Under the pieces are notes generated by a model. It made no database searches. It saw only the letters and a list, made by a program, of their open reading frames with translations, and was not told the origin of the DNA. DNA of 64,000 bases. It comes from Nanobdellota archaeon. Lineage in GTDB: Archaea > Nanobdellota > Nanobdellia > Pacearchaeales > JAHJTO01. The translations under genes were made by a program, and so were the position numbers. Positions 50,871-60,416 of this stretch are shown here, one piece after another. How positions within the stretch are numbered: position 1 is the stretch's first letter; the number at the start of each line of letters is the position of its first letter. The stretch covers positions 1,683 to 65,682 of the forward strand of contig JBHPFA010000004.1 in NCBI GenBank assembly GCA_042572295.1, written 5' to 3'.

Positions 50871-50985
50871 GAAACGTTTATAAACGATATTTTTGTATAT
50901 AACTTGTACTCGTAGCACAATTCAAAGAGATTTGAATTAACTATGAAGGACGGAAAAAATTATGTTTTATAAAATGAAAGGAGGT
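50871..50985 (+). promoter_or_regulatory. S-layer promoter (BRE/TATA), structured leader and SD
   Basis: GAAACG-TTTATAAA at 50871-50884, stem-loop at 50910-50946, and AGGAGGT at 50979-50985, complementary to the 16S 3' end. Confidence 0.7.
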
Positions 50986-50993
50986 TTAAAGAA

Positions 50994-53294
50994 ATGAAGT
51001 TAAACTTCAGAAAAGTCGTACCAGTGATCGCAGGCGCTCTACTTTTAGGATCCACTTTAGGATTCGCTACAGGAGTTACAGGTGCTAGCTTATCTTATCC
51101 GGATGATTTTAACGATGCAGTAATTGTTTATGGTGCTCAAGCAGCAACATCAGACTTTAACGCAGCTATGTTATTATCAGAGGGATTAAGTTCAGTTATC
51201 GCAGACTCATCAGTTAGTGGAGAAAGTCACAAGATTGAATCAAACGCACAGAATCTAAATGTAAATGAAAGCCTTACAACTGTACAAACTACTGCAATAG
51301 ATGCGAATGACTTACCAGAATTGCTTAAAACGGTAGAATACCAAAGCAGAGATGGAGTTATTTACAAATATGAGCAAGAGTTACAAGTACAACCAGGAAT
51401 TCAATTTACACATTTTAGAGATGACGACCTGAAGGATGAACCGGTTATAGGTATAAAAATGGCAAAGAGTACGCCAGTTTTCAATTATACACTAAGGTTC
51501 CTTAAAAACGCTCAAAGTGACGTTACAACTGCAGGAAGACTTGAAGATCTTGAAGATACCGAAATGGAAATCTTGGGTAAGAACTACAAGCTACTTAATG
51601 CATACAACGCTACAAACTTGAAATTAGAGTTTATGGGTGGTTCTGATGGTGATACATTAGAAGAAGGAGGAACTGGAAGTTATTCAATTGGAGGAGTTGC
51701 CTATGACGTGGAAGTTACACATATCGGATCAACAGAAGCTAAGTTCATTATTAATGGACAAACAACAACTTCTATGGTTGAAGGTGGAACTTTCAAATTG
51801 AATGATGGAACACAAGTCGGGGTTAGAGACATTTTGTATACTGCAAAGACAGGCCAAGCAAGCAAGGTAGAAATTACTTTGGGAGCTGAAAAGCTTACTT
51901 TGGAGAATTCGCAAACTGTTGAAATCAACGATGTTGATGTTGAAGGCTTAACAGCTACTATCACTCAAGGGAATTCCGGAAGCAAAGTTACAGTTTCTGA
52001 TATAAGAATTGATTGGGTAACACAGGACGAAGCTTTCGTTGCTGCAGGTGACTCTCTTTTATTCCCTAAGTTGGAATCATTCAAACTACAAATGACTGAT
52101 TTAACAACTCCGGAGAGTGAAGAAGTTATCTTAAAGAACGATGGTAGTGCTAGAATGGGTATTTCATGGCCTTTCAAGACTGGAAGTAAGACTATTGACG
52201 TATTATACGGTAATGGTTCTGAATTCCAAGGAGTTGGAAAGGATGCAACACACAAACTAGTTACTAAAGAAGGTTCTGGAAGCGCAATTACTTTTGATGA
52301 GGACACAGACGAATATTTCGTCGCAACTTATCAATCAGAAACAGCGGTTGAATCATATCTACTGGAAGCAAAAATTAGACAATCTGCAAGTGTCAACTAT
52401 ACAGACATCAAAGATGCTGTAACAGGGGAATATGTTTGTCAAGAGAGACAAATATTAGGAACTTGTACTATCGGATCCGTTACTCTTACAGTAGGGGCAT
52501 CAAATTATGCAGATAATTGGGTAGTTTTGACAGGTGCAACAGATGTTTACTTTGACAGAATGTACACTGAGGAAGGCATGGCTATGTTCTTACCAATGGA
52601 GAATGTAACAGGTATACATACAAGATACCTGAACACATCTAATTTACCTACTTCAAGAATTTTAGAATTCTTCGAAGAAAGTAAAGACAGTGCAGTTTTG
52701 AGTGTAGGATTCAATGCAACTGTTGGTAGTTGGACAAGTGATGGAAAAGTTCAAGTTTCAAGCTTGGCTGGACCATTCGCAAACTACGGAACAGATAGTC
52801 AATGGCCTGAAATGGGTGATACAGACGACCTTGTTGCTTATGTAGCTTCGGACTTAGGTACTAAATTAGTACACAATACTGGGGGAACTCAGGATTGGGT
52901 ATCAATTGAATACCATGGCGAAGAAACTATAGGTAACTTATGGGTTACTGCTCCAGAAGTTGTGGCAGGTGGCGCTCAAATGGTAAAGGATGTCGGTTAT
53001 ACAGATTTCGGAACTGAAGACGTAATAGTCGTCGGAGGTCCTGCTGTAAATACAATCGCATCAAAACTTCTCGGATTTGACGGTGAACTAACAACTGGCC
53101 CTGAGGCTGGTTGGAGTGTAGACACTTTCATGGCAAAATTATTCACAGGTAGTGAAATGATGGACCCTGGAACTGTAGCACTATTGGTTGCTGGATATGA
53201 GGCAGAAGACACTACTGCAGCTGCAAAATATGTTGTTGCTGGAGAAGCGTTGGATGTAGAGAAGACAAAGACGGCGGCTACTGCTTACTACTAG
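50994..53294 (+). CDS. S-layer protein
   Basis: N-terminal RKVVPVIAGALLLGSTLGFA...IVYGA.AA.SD and C-terminal IVVGGPAVN...LLVAGYEAEDT, the split S-layer N/C domain signature. Strong SD. Confidence 0.88.
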   Translation: MKLNFRKVVPVIAGALLLGSTLGFATGVTGASLSYPDDFNDAVIVYGAQAATSDFNAAMLLSEGLSSVIADSSVSGESHKIESNAQNLNVNESLTTVQTTAIDANDLPELLKTVEYQSRDGVIYKYEQELQVQPGIQFTHFRDDDLKDEPVIGIKMAKSTPVFNYTLRFLKNAQSDVTTAGRLEDLEDTEMEILGKNYKLLNAYNATNLKLEFMGGSDGDTLEEGGTGSYSIGGVAYDVEVTHIGSTEAKFIINGQTTTSMVEGGTFKLNDGTQVGVRDILYTAKTGQASKVEITLGAEKLTLENSQTVEINDVDVEGLTATITQGNSGSKVTVSDIRIDWVTQDEAFVAAGDSLLFPKLESFKLQMTDLTTPESEEVILKNDGSARMGISWPFKTGSKTIDVLYGNGSEFQGVGKDATHKLVTKEGSGSAITFDEDTDEYFVATYQSETAVESYLLEAKIRQSASVNYTDIKDAVTGEYVCQERQILGTCTIGSVTLTVGASNYADNWVVLTGATDVYFDRMYTEEGMAMFLPMENVTGIHTRYLNTSNLPTSRILEFFEESKDSAVLSVGFNATVGSWTSDGKVQVSSLAGPFANYGTDSQWPEMGDTDDLVAYVASDLGTKLVHNTGGTQDWVSIEYHGEETIGNLWVTAPEVVAGGAQMVKDVGYTDFGTEDVIVVGGPAVNTIASKLLGFDGELTTGPEAGWSVDTFMAKLFTGSEMMDPGTVALLVAGYEAEDTTAAAKYVVAGEALDVEKTKTAATAYY

Positions 53295-53309
53295 AGATAC
53301 CTAGATAGC

Positions 53310-53344
53310 TTATTTATTTTTTTATTCTTTTTCTTTATTTTTTT
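53310..53344 (+). terminator. T-rich archaeal terminator
   Basis: Consecutive T-tracts directly after the S-layer stop codon. Confidence 0.55.
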
Positions 53345-53413
53345 AAGTTTGAGCGTGAGCTCTATTTTTCTTAAAGAAAGATTTTTAAATGAATTTTTGT
53401 TCAAATAGACAGG

Positions 53414-54064
53414 ATGGACAAGTCAAAAAAGGGGACTCAGAAAACTGTAAAGGATCCCAAGAAACAAGCAATATTGGTTGTTTTAGTTTTATTATTATTG
53501 GTTGGAAGTTTCTTCATAAGTGTAAAGATAAGTGAAAAATGGATTAATGATTCTAAATCATTTGAATATGGGAGATATGTTGTATTCAAAACTAAGATTG
53601 GAGGTGTTGACTTTTATGCGTTGCCCATAAAACTTGTAGATCATGAGCTGTTTTGGCTAAAATTGCGTGGAGATCCAAGAGAGATTGAAAGTGTAGAATC
53701 AAATATTGAGGAAGGAATATTTGGAGGAACAAACAAAGTATGGTTGACTACAAATCCTTCTTATGATGCTAATGCAGTTATTGCTGGTGCAGAAATAGCA
53801 AAATTTACTCAAGGGATAGGTATTTCGACTAGTGCGGCATTTGTTGTAAGTGGATATAACGAAACTCTTCAAAAGAATTGTGAAGATTCTAATATTGGAG
53901 AAAAAGTGGTTGATTTAAGATTAGGAAATCAAACAAGAGTTTATTCCGAGGGTTATTGTATTATTGTTGAAGGAAAAGATGATGAAGAGATAATAGATGC
54001 TGCAGATAAGTTTGTTTATGAATGGCTTGATAGATTCACTCTTGAAGAGGTTGAATTAGAATAA
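53414..54064 (+). CDS. membrane-anchored hypothetical protein
   Basis: N-terminal TM helix. C-terminal KNC...L..GN.T.V...G.CI...G.D...A.DK block is shared with 54066-54659. Confidence 0.75.
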   Translation: MDKSKKGTQKTVKDPKKQAILVVLVLLLLVGSFFISVKISEKWINDSKSFEYGRYVVFKTKIGGVDFYALPIKLVDHELFWLKLRGDPREIESVESNIEEGIFGGTNKVWLTTNPSYDANAVIAGAEIAKFTQGIGISTSAAFVVSGYNETLQKNCEDSNIGEKVVDLRLGNQTRVYSEGYCIIVEGKDDEEIIDAADKFVYEWLDRFTLEEVELE

Positions 54065-54065
54065 A

Positions 54066-54659
54066 ATGATATCTAAGATTGTTACACAAGAAGAAAAGGA
54101 TAAGAAAGAAAAAAGAATGAAAGTATTTTTTGCAGTTTTCATGGTTTCAGTTTTCGTGATGAGTACGTTTGGAATTGCTTTGTCTTCGTCAGATTCAAAA
54201 AATAAAAAATATGAGGGAATAACCTTTTACCTTACTGAAAATGGTTGGCAGGGTAAGAATTTGGAATTTTATACAAATTTTCTTCCCCAGGATGTTGAAG
54301 ATATTCCTTTAACAGGAATGCTTTCTACAGAATCTTTATTGAATAAGTTATATGTAGTTTCAGACCCTTCAAAATCAATTTCTTCTTCTTGGTATGAATT
54401 GACTAGGGTAATTCCAGTAGGAAATCCCAATCCTTCTTGCCTTCCTGAAGATGCTGATGAAGAAGGGTGTTTAGAACTGCCTTTAAAGAACTGTAGTGAT
54501 GCTGATTATCAAAATGCTGTGCTTATCTTCAGATATGGCAATGAGACCTCTATAGGGGCTTATGGAAGCTGTTTAGAGATAGTTGGAGAGGATGAGGTAA
54601 GTATGGTTAAAGCAATAGATAAAGTGATATTTGTTACATATGGGATAATAAAGCCTTAA
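54066..54659 (+). CDS. membrane-anchored hypothetical protein (paralog of 53414-54064)
   Basis: N-terminal TM helix and LKNC...GNET...G.CL..VG...KAIDK. Confidence 0.75.
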   Translation: MISKIVTQEEKDKKEKRMKVFFAVFMVSVFVMSTFGIALSSSDSKNKKYEGITFYLTENGWQGKNLEFYTNFLPQDVEDIPLTGMLSTESLLNKLYVVSDPSKSISSSWYELTRVIPVGNPNPSCLPEDADEEGCLELPLKNCSDADYQNAVLIFRYGNETSIGAYGSCLEIVGEDEVSMVKAIDKVIFVTYGIIKP

Positions 54660-54660
54660 A

Positions 54661-55155
54661 ATGGTATTAGAATTGTTTCCAAATGAGATTTTAGAGGTGA
54701 TTTCTCCAATTGTTCTTAGTATGTTGCCAATAGCAGAATTAAGGGGCGGCATTCCGCTTGCAATGGCTTTAGGATGGCATCCTGCAGCTGCAATAATAGT
54801 TAATTTTCTTGCTAATATATTGATTATCTTCCCTGTGTGGTTTTTCCTTGATTATATTCATGTACATCTTCTTAAAGTTAAGATCTATAAAAAATTCTCA
54901 AATAAAATATTGGGAAGAATGAGGCATAAAGCAGCTCATCTAAAGAAAAGGATGGAAGTTTATGAATGGATTGCACTTACTTTGTTTGTGGCAGTACCTC
55001 TGCCAGTTACTGGAGCTTATACTGGAAGTATAGTTGCTTGGATTTTAGGATTAGATAGAAAGAAGAGCTTTATTTTCATAACATTAGGAGTGTTTATTGC
55101 CGCTGTAATAATCACTTTAGCAACATTAGGTGTTATAAACTTCTTTAATATCTGA
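54661..55155 (+). CDS. small multidrug export family membrane protein (COG2426)
   Basis: SMLPIAELRGGIP...LFVAVPLPVTGAYTG. Confidence 0.88.
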   Translation: MVLELFPNEILEVISPIVLSMLPIAELRGGIPLAMALGWHPAAAIIVNFLANILIIFPVWFFLDYIHVHLLKVKIYKKFSNKILGRMRHKAAHLKKRMEVYEWIALTLFVAVPLPVTGAYTGSIVAWILGLDRKKSFIFITLGVFIAAVIITLATLGVINFFNI

Positions 55156-55632
55156 TAAGAAAGGTGCTTTCTTTATCTTGAAGGTTTTGATTGATATAAA
55201 CCATATTGCAATGACTGCAATTGTGCTTACAAAATACCAAGTAAATAAATGAATCTGATCAAATAAGACAAATCCAGAAATGAATAACACTGAAAGTAAA
55301 AATATCCTTAACCAATTGAATAATAAGAATAATCCTGCAGAAAATAAGAATAGTTTGATTCTTTTCTTCCATTTTATCGAAGGTGTTGCAAAGTTTAGGA
55401 TAAATAAAAGAAAGAATGCTGAAACACCCACACATGCTGGAATAATTTCTATTTTAAATTGTTCTATAATGAAAGAATTTGAAATCAAAGTAACTTCATA
55501 AAATAAATCTAATAAGAAATAAGTAGGATAGAGTGTTAAAGGGAGTAAAACAAGCTGATAAAAAGGAATTAAGAGTGCAAGAACAATCATAACACCATAT
55601 CTAACAACAATATCTTTGATTTGGCTTTTCAT
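55126..55632 (-). CDS. exosortase/archaeosortase-family protein (pacearchaeosortase-like)
   Basis: Multi-TM protein with IEIIPAC (Cys), NWLR (Arg) and QIH (His) triad. Confidence 0.8.
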   Translation of the reverse strand: MKSQIKDIVVRYGVMIVLALLIPFYQLVLLPLTLYPTYFLLDLFYEVTLISNSFIIEQFKIEIIPACVGVSAFFLLFILNFATPSIKWKKRIKLFLFSAGLFLLFNWLRIFLLSVLFISGFVLFDQIHLFTWYFVSTIAVIAIWFISIKTFKIKKAPFLSDIKEVYNT

Positions 55633-55686
55633 TACTCCCTAAAAGAGAACGTTGTTTAAATAATTAACATTTAATTAAAAAGAAAA

Positions 55687-57606
55687 TTACTTTTGATCTT
55701 GTTTTAAGCTTCCAAGAAGTTGTGAGAAATTAGGTTTATTTCTTCCTGTAAAGATTAAAAGAATAACTGCTACGATTGCTAAGACTAATACTGTGTTTAT
55801 GATTGCCCAAGTTGTATTGTTCTTATATTGGTCTCCAATCTTTGAAAAGATATTTGATTTTGAAGGCTCTTGAACAGTTACTGGTACATTAAGAACTTCA
55901 GTCTTTCCATCGTATGTCGCTTTGAATGAAAGATCATGTGAACCTGATACGTCTTCATTAGGTTGAAGCTTAACAGTTACATACTTTTCTTCTCCAGCTG
56001 TTAAAGTCAAGCTTGAAGGTTGTACTGATTTAACTTCAGCCCAAGATGCTGTTGCAGCAAAAGTATAGGTCTTTGATGTTTTACTAGGGTTCTTAACAAG
56101 AACTCTTACATCTGATTCTTTATCGACAGTCGCTACAGAAGTTTCTGTTGTGAAAGATACATCCTCTAACTTACAGCTTACTACTGGAGAATATGAAAAG
56201 AATTCTTTTTCATCATACTTTTCATCATCTTCATCATAATCATAACTAAGTGTTAATTTAATCTTGTTTGTTCCTTCAACATCTTCAGGAACGTTAATGT
56301 TAAAAGTAAAAATGCCTGAATCATCTCCTTCATCTAAATCTTTGTATATTTCATCAAATGTTTGGTCAAAAGCTTCTAGAACAACTTTAACTTGCTCTTC
56401 ATCATTACTTCCGATATTGATTATTTCTCCGCTGAAAGACATTGTACCACCACAAATTGGTGCTGCATCATATTCAACATCTTTGGGAACAACTTCCCTA
56501 GTTGATTTTTCAATATCTAATTTGAAGTATCTTTGCTGACAATTTCCACTTGTTTCATCGTTGTCAACTCTTAAGTATAAGTAATGTGTTCCTTCTTCGA
56601 TATCTGCAGGAACTTCAATTTCTAGAGTAATAGTCTCTTTGCTGTCATCATTGATCTTAATCTTAACTTTATCATCTGCATCGTCTACTTCTCCATCTTC
56701 ATAAACTAATACTGCTTCGGCAATTACTTTGATGTTATCATCATCGTCAGTATTTGAAATCTTTACATCAAGTTCAATAATTTCTAATGGAGCAAAGTCT
56801 TCATTCTCTACATCATTTTGGTTCTTGATTTGATAGATGCTTATTGGAGTGGAAGTTAAGTTTCCTAGTTCAATATCTTCACAATAAGGATAAATCACCT
56901 CAAAAAATTGTGAGGAAGGTGAAGTTATATTTAATGTGTTATTATAAACTCCTAAAACTGAAAGTGTTATTGTCTTTTCTCCAACATCTGTATTGTCAGT
57001 TGTTACAAGCTTTGCAGTTCCAGTTCTGGATACTCCTGGATTTAATGTGAAGTTTTGATTATAAGAGGTTGATTCGTTAAAAGCACTTAGATCTAAAACA
57101 GCATTTGAGCTTAAAAGAACATTACCAGTATTTGTTATATTGAACTCTAAACTTCTGTTTTGAGTTTGATAAAGGTTTGCAGCTCCTGTAATCCAATCAA
57201 TAGAATAGGAAGGTGAAGCTGCTAAAGTAACTGAAAAAACTTGAGTATCGCTAACAGTTGCTCCTGTGCTTAATAATTTTCCTGTAAGGCTTAATGTTAA
57301 AGAATGTAAACCTTGGTCTTCAAATTGAGGAACATGAACATTAAGGTTAACTGATTGAGTTGCATTAGCCACAAGAGTAGAAGGTGAACATGTAATGTTC
57401 CAGTTTTCACCAGTCATTGTACAGCTAAGGTTTGTTATAGAATCACTTGGGTTTAAGTTAGCTAAACTGAAACTGCCTGTAACATCTGCGTTATGTAATC
57501 CAGTTAAAGCAGTTGTAGCCATAGTGATGTTTAAATTACTATCAGCAAGAGCTAAACCTGCGAATGCAATCAAAAACACTCCGATGAAAATTGATAAATA
57601 TCTCAT
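55687..57606 (-). CDS. putative S-layer/surface glycoprotein with Ig-like domains and C-terminal TM helix
   Basis: Signal peptide, many N-x-S/T sequons, N.G...Ig-like repeats and a C-terminal TM helix. Lies directly upstream of the sortase. Confidence 0.78.
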   Translation of the reverse strand: MRYLSIFIGVFLIAFAGLALADSNLNITMATTALTGLHNADVTGSFSLANLNPSDSITNLSCTMTGENWNITCSPSTLVANATQSVNLNVHVPQFEDQGLHSLTLSLTGKLLSTGATVSDTQVFSVTLAASPSYSIDWITGAANLYQTQNRSLEFNITNTGNVLLSSNAVLDLSAFNESTSYNQNFTLNPGVSRTGTAKLVTTDNTDVGEKTITLSVLGVYNNTLNITSPSSQFFEVIYPYCEDIELGNLTSTPISIYQIKNQNDVENEDFAPLEIIELDVKISNTDDDDNIKVIAEAVLVYEDGEVDDADDKVKIKINDDSKETITLEIEVPADIEEGTHYLYLRVDNDETSGNCQQRYFKLDIEKSTREVVPKDVEYDAAPICGGTMSFSGEIINIGSNDEEQVKVVLEAFDQTFDEIYKDLDEGDDSGIFTFNINVPEDVEGTNKIKLTLSYDYDEDDEKYDEKEFFSYSPVVSCKLEDVSFTTETSVATVDKESDVRVLVKNPSKTSKTYTFAATASWAEVKSVQPSSLTLTAGEEKYVTVKLQPNEDVSGSHDLSFKATYDGKTEVLNVPVTVQEPSKSNIFSKIGDQYKNNTTWAIINTVLVLAIVAVILLIFTGRNKPNFSQLLGSLKQDQK

Positions 57607-57755
57607 TTTTTGTTGTAATTGAGTAGTTACAACGCATATTTAAATGTTTCGTTTCGGAGGTAGCAATCCTAAGCCGTAATTATATATAGAGAATATATGA
57701 GGGCCATAAAACGAGAGAATACTCTTAACTTTATGAGTTTCTAGAAAAAATCAAT

Positions 57756-58133
57756 TTACTTAAGCCTTTCAATTCTAGGCGCTTCTGCCTTGTAGATTGT
57801 AGCAAAAGCAGGTGTTGCAATAAGAACATTTTCACCAAAGCCTGCTAAGTGGCCTTGTAATGCATCAACAGTCTTCTTCAATTTTGCAACAGATCTCTTA
57901 AGTTCAATTATATCTTTTGATCTAAGGTGTTTTATGTCAATAACTGCAATTGTGTAACCTTCACGAAGAACTTCAAGAATTGTGTTTGTATCTTCGAATG
58001 TTTTAAGAATGAAGGGTCTTACAACGATTTTTGCCTTCTTGCCAACATCTCTGCTGATATCTACTTCGATATATTCCTCTTCTGGCATTTCCTCTTTCCC
58101 GAAGGCATCTTTAATCTTTGACATAAATCCCAT
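57756..58133 (-). CDS. sepF: cell division protein SepF
   Basis: D...IL..LREG..IAVIDI..L....ELKR.V.KLK......G..AG.G...LIATP. Confidence 0.85.
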   Translation of the reverse strand: MGFMSKIKDAFGKEEMPEEEYIEVDISRDVGKKAKIVVRPFILKTFEDTNTILEVLREGYTIAVIDIKHLRSKDIIELKRSVAKLKKTVDALQGHLAGFGENVLIATPAFATIYKAEAPRIERLK

Positions 58134-58205
58134 TTTTTTCTTTTATGTTAATTTTTGTGTTTGCAAGTTTATAAACATTTCTATTCTTTTTTGATTTTTC
58201 GAGGA

Positions 58206-58541
58206 TTATTTCAATTCCCCCATTACTTCATCTCTTAATTTAGTTAATCTCTCTTTTATTGAGTTTTCTTGCTTTTCTAAATTCTTAACCCTTAAATCAG
58301 AAACCTCTTTTTTACTTTCTAAGTCTTTTTTTAGATCATCTTTTTCTGACTTAATCATTATTTGTCCAACAACCTTATAGACTTCCCCTTTTGCATTGTT
58401 TAATTCCTCTAATGCCTCGGAAGTCTCACTTAACTCAAATTGTAAGGTCTGTTTTTGCATAATCATATTTTGAAGATTCTGCTCTATAAGTTGCAATTCT
58501 TGAATTTTAGCTGCAAGTTCTTTGCCTATCTGTTTCTCCAT
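58206..58541 (-). CDS. pfdB: prefoldin beta subunit
   Basis: Coiled coil with ALEEL...VYKVVGQIMIK hairpin. Confidence 0.9.
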   Translation of the reverse strand: MEKQIGKELAAKIQELQLIEQNLQNMIMQKQTLQFELSETSEALEELNNAKGEVYKVVGQIMIKSEKDDLKKDLESKKEVSDLRVKNLEKQENSIKERLTKLRDEVMGELK

Positions 58542-58545
58542 TAGT

Positions 58546-58683
58546 TTATACCGCCTTTATCTTAACTTGCTTTTTTCTTGGTTTAAAGAAAACTTTAGAA
58601 CCACAAGCAGGACAAGTAAATCTTTTTTCTAAACTTTTGTGAGAAGTTTGTTTCCCACAATAAAAACATTTGTAAGTTGTCAT
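58546..58683 (-). CDS. rpo12: RNA polymerase subunit Rpo12 (RpoP), 45 aa; absent from the ORF track
   Basis: Translated by hand: MTTYKCFYCGK...FTCPACGSKVFFKPR. Lies directly downstream of L37ae. Confidence 0.9.
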   Translation of the reverse strand: MTTYKCFYCGKQTSHKSLEKRFTCPACGSKVFFKPRKKQVKIKAV

Positions 58684-58684
58684 T

Positions 58685-58900
58685 TTAAGCTTCTAAGTAG
58701 AATGCACCTCCTGTAAATTTCTTTTTGCAAAATTTGCAATTCCAAATACCTTTAGCAAGTCTTTTTGCAGTAGGTTTTTGACAGTATGGGCAAACCTGTT
58801 TTGTTCTTTGTTTTTTCTCTACTGCAATAAAAGATTCTCTAACTTTTTTTCCATAACCGGATCCAAATTTTCCTGCTGTAAAGACTTTTTTTGTTTTCAT
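58685..58900 (-). CDS. rpl37ae: ribosomal protein eL43 (L37ae)
   Basis: TKKV..AGKFG.GYG...CPYC...R.AKGIW.C..C...FTGGA. True start is ATG at 58900. Confidence 0.93.
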   Translation of the reverse strand: MKTKKVFTAGKFGSGYGKKVRESFIAVEKKQRTKQVCPYCQKPTAKRLAKGIWNCKFCKKKFTGGAFYLEA

Positions 58901-58914
58901 TTTTTTTATATAAG

Positions 58915-58988
58915 TGGGGCTACCCGGATTTGAACCGGGATCGCAAGCTCCCAAAGCTCGAAGGCTAACCAGGTTACCCCATAGCCCC
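58915..58988 (-). tRNA. tRNA-Pro(UGG)
   Basis: Reverse complement GGGGCTATGGGGTAACCTGGTTAGCCTTCGAGC-TT TGG GA-GCTTGCGATCCCGGTTCAAATCCGGGTAGCCCCA. Confidence 0.96.
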
Positions 58989-59031
58989 ATTCTTAAAGAT
59001 TAGAGCATTAAGGTGTTTTTAAGGCTTATGA

Positions 59032-59718
59032 TTATTTTTTCTTTTCTTCAGCAGGCTTAGCTTCCTTTGCTGGAGCTCCTGTTGCTCCTGCTGCTGGTGT
59101 TGCTGCAGCTGCTGCAGCTGCTGCTGTCTTTTCTTCTTCAGCTTTAGCTTTCTCTTCTTCTTCCTTCTTCTTTTGCTCTTCTTGTGAAAGCTTGATTTTC
59201 TCGAAGAAAGCATTTAATTCATCTAATTTTTCTTTTGAAGGTTCTGTAAGTCCTTCATTTATTTGTTTATCATAAACTCCCTCATCTATCTCTGGAGTAA
59301 TTATTTTGGGCTCCTTACTTTCGATTAAAATTCCTAAACTTCTGCAACATCCAACCATTGTTTTTACTGTTGATTTCAAATCTTTCTCAAGACTTTGTTT
59401 AGATTTCGCAACTTTGATTAATTGCTCGATTGATGCATTTGCAACTTTGATTTTTTGAGGTTGGCTAGATCCTTTCTCTATTCCAAACTCTTTTTTAATC
59501 ATTTCCGACGTTGGTGGTGAAAGAACTTCAACTTTAACTTCTTTAGTTTTTGAATCAATATTTAAAGTTACTGGAACTTTCATTCCCTTAAATTCAGTTG
59601 TTGAAGAATTAACATCTTTCATTAATTTTCCCATGTTCAATCCTAAAGGACCTATCTTCTGAGAAATTGCTGGACTAGGTTTCATATTCCCTCCTTCAAC
59701 CATTAATTTAACTTTCAT
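59032..59718 (-). CDS. rpl11: ribosomal protein uL11 with C-terminal extension
   Basis: VEGG..KP.P.I...IGPLGLN...F.GMKVPV...PPTS..IKKE. Follows spt5. Confidence 0.95.
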   Translation of the reverse strand: MKVKLMVEGGNMKPSPAISQKIGPLGLNMGKLMKDVNSSTTEFKGMKVPVTLNIDSKTKEVKVEVLSPPTSEMIKKEFGIEKGSSQPQKIKVANASIEQLIKVAKSKQSLEKDLKSTVKTMVGCCRSLGILIESKEPKIITPEIDEGVYDKQINEGLTEPSKEKLDELNAFFEKIKLSQEEQKKKEEEEKAKAEEEKTAAAAAAAATPAAGATGAPAKEAKPAEEKKK

Positions 59719-59719
59719 T

Positions 59720-60166
59720 TTATTCGTCTTTTTCTCTCCTTATTACTCTTACATTATCTATTTTTACTGTGATAGGAATTGGTACAGCAGCTTCGAGAAG
59801 TTCTACAACTACTTCTCCCTTATTCTTATCCACTCTTACAACTTTTGCTTTTTCCTTTTTGAAAGCTTCTCCTATGATTTCAATTATATCTCCCTTCTCT
59901 ATATTGACTTCTGCAATCTCTGGTTCAATCATATTCTTGATTTCTTCGAATTCTACTGTTTTTGGAAGTAAGCCTTTAACATTCATCAAATCAAATGAAG
60001 CAAGTTCTGCAGTCTCACGAGAATCTGTTTCCATTAAGAGATATCCTCTTAAACCATGTGGTCTTGCTATAGCAAATAAATTAAGATTTCTTTTTTTAGC
60101 CCTATCAGTAATAAAGTCAACTACTTGATCTTCTTTGTTTGCTGATACTTTAACAATAAATATCAT
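59720..60166 (-). CDS. spt5: transcription elongation factor Spt5 (NusG)
   Basis: NGN domain (LRGYL) plus KOW motif (GDIIEII..AFK.EKAKV...VELLEAAVPIPIT). Confidence 0.95.
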   Translation of the reverse strand: MIFIVKVSANKEDQVVDFITDRAKKRNLNLFAIARPHGLRGYLLMETDSRETAELASFDLMNVKGLLPKTVEFEEIKNMIEPEIAEVNIEKGDIIEIIGEAFKKEKAKVVRVDKNKGEVVVELLEAAVPIPITVKIDNVRVIRREKDE

Positions 60167-60216
60167 TTTATAATTAGATTACAAAAATATGGGAAAAAGA
60201 GCATTTATTAATCTTT

Positions 60217-60411
60217 CTAAAACAGGGTGTGTAGTGGTGTAAGCCTAAAAATAAGAGAAATCAAGAATCCCATCAATCCTATGACCAATAAGCCCAATCC
60301 AGAGGCTTGAGCAATCACTTTGAACTCTTCTTTTGTCGGTTTCTTCATAATTGTCCAGACTCTGTTACATTTCATAAAAAATTCCCTACTCTTAAGAATC
60401 CACTCTGCCAT
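60217..60411 (-). CDS. secE: protein translocase SecE/Sec61-gamma
   Basis: RVW...KKP..EEF...A..SGLG...IG..GF, between ftsZ and spt5. Confidence 0.92.
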   Translation of the reverse strand: MAEWILKSREFFMKCNRVWTIMKKPTKEEFKVIAQASGLGLLVIGLMGFLISLIFRLTPLHTLF

Positions 60412-60416
60412 TTTAT

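Noticed and set aside
58901-58990. N-terminal extension of L37ae in the ORF track
   Set aside because: It is a read-through of the tRNA-Pro gene; the real start is at 58900.
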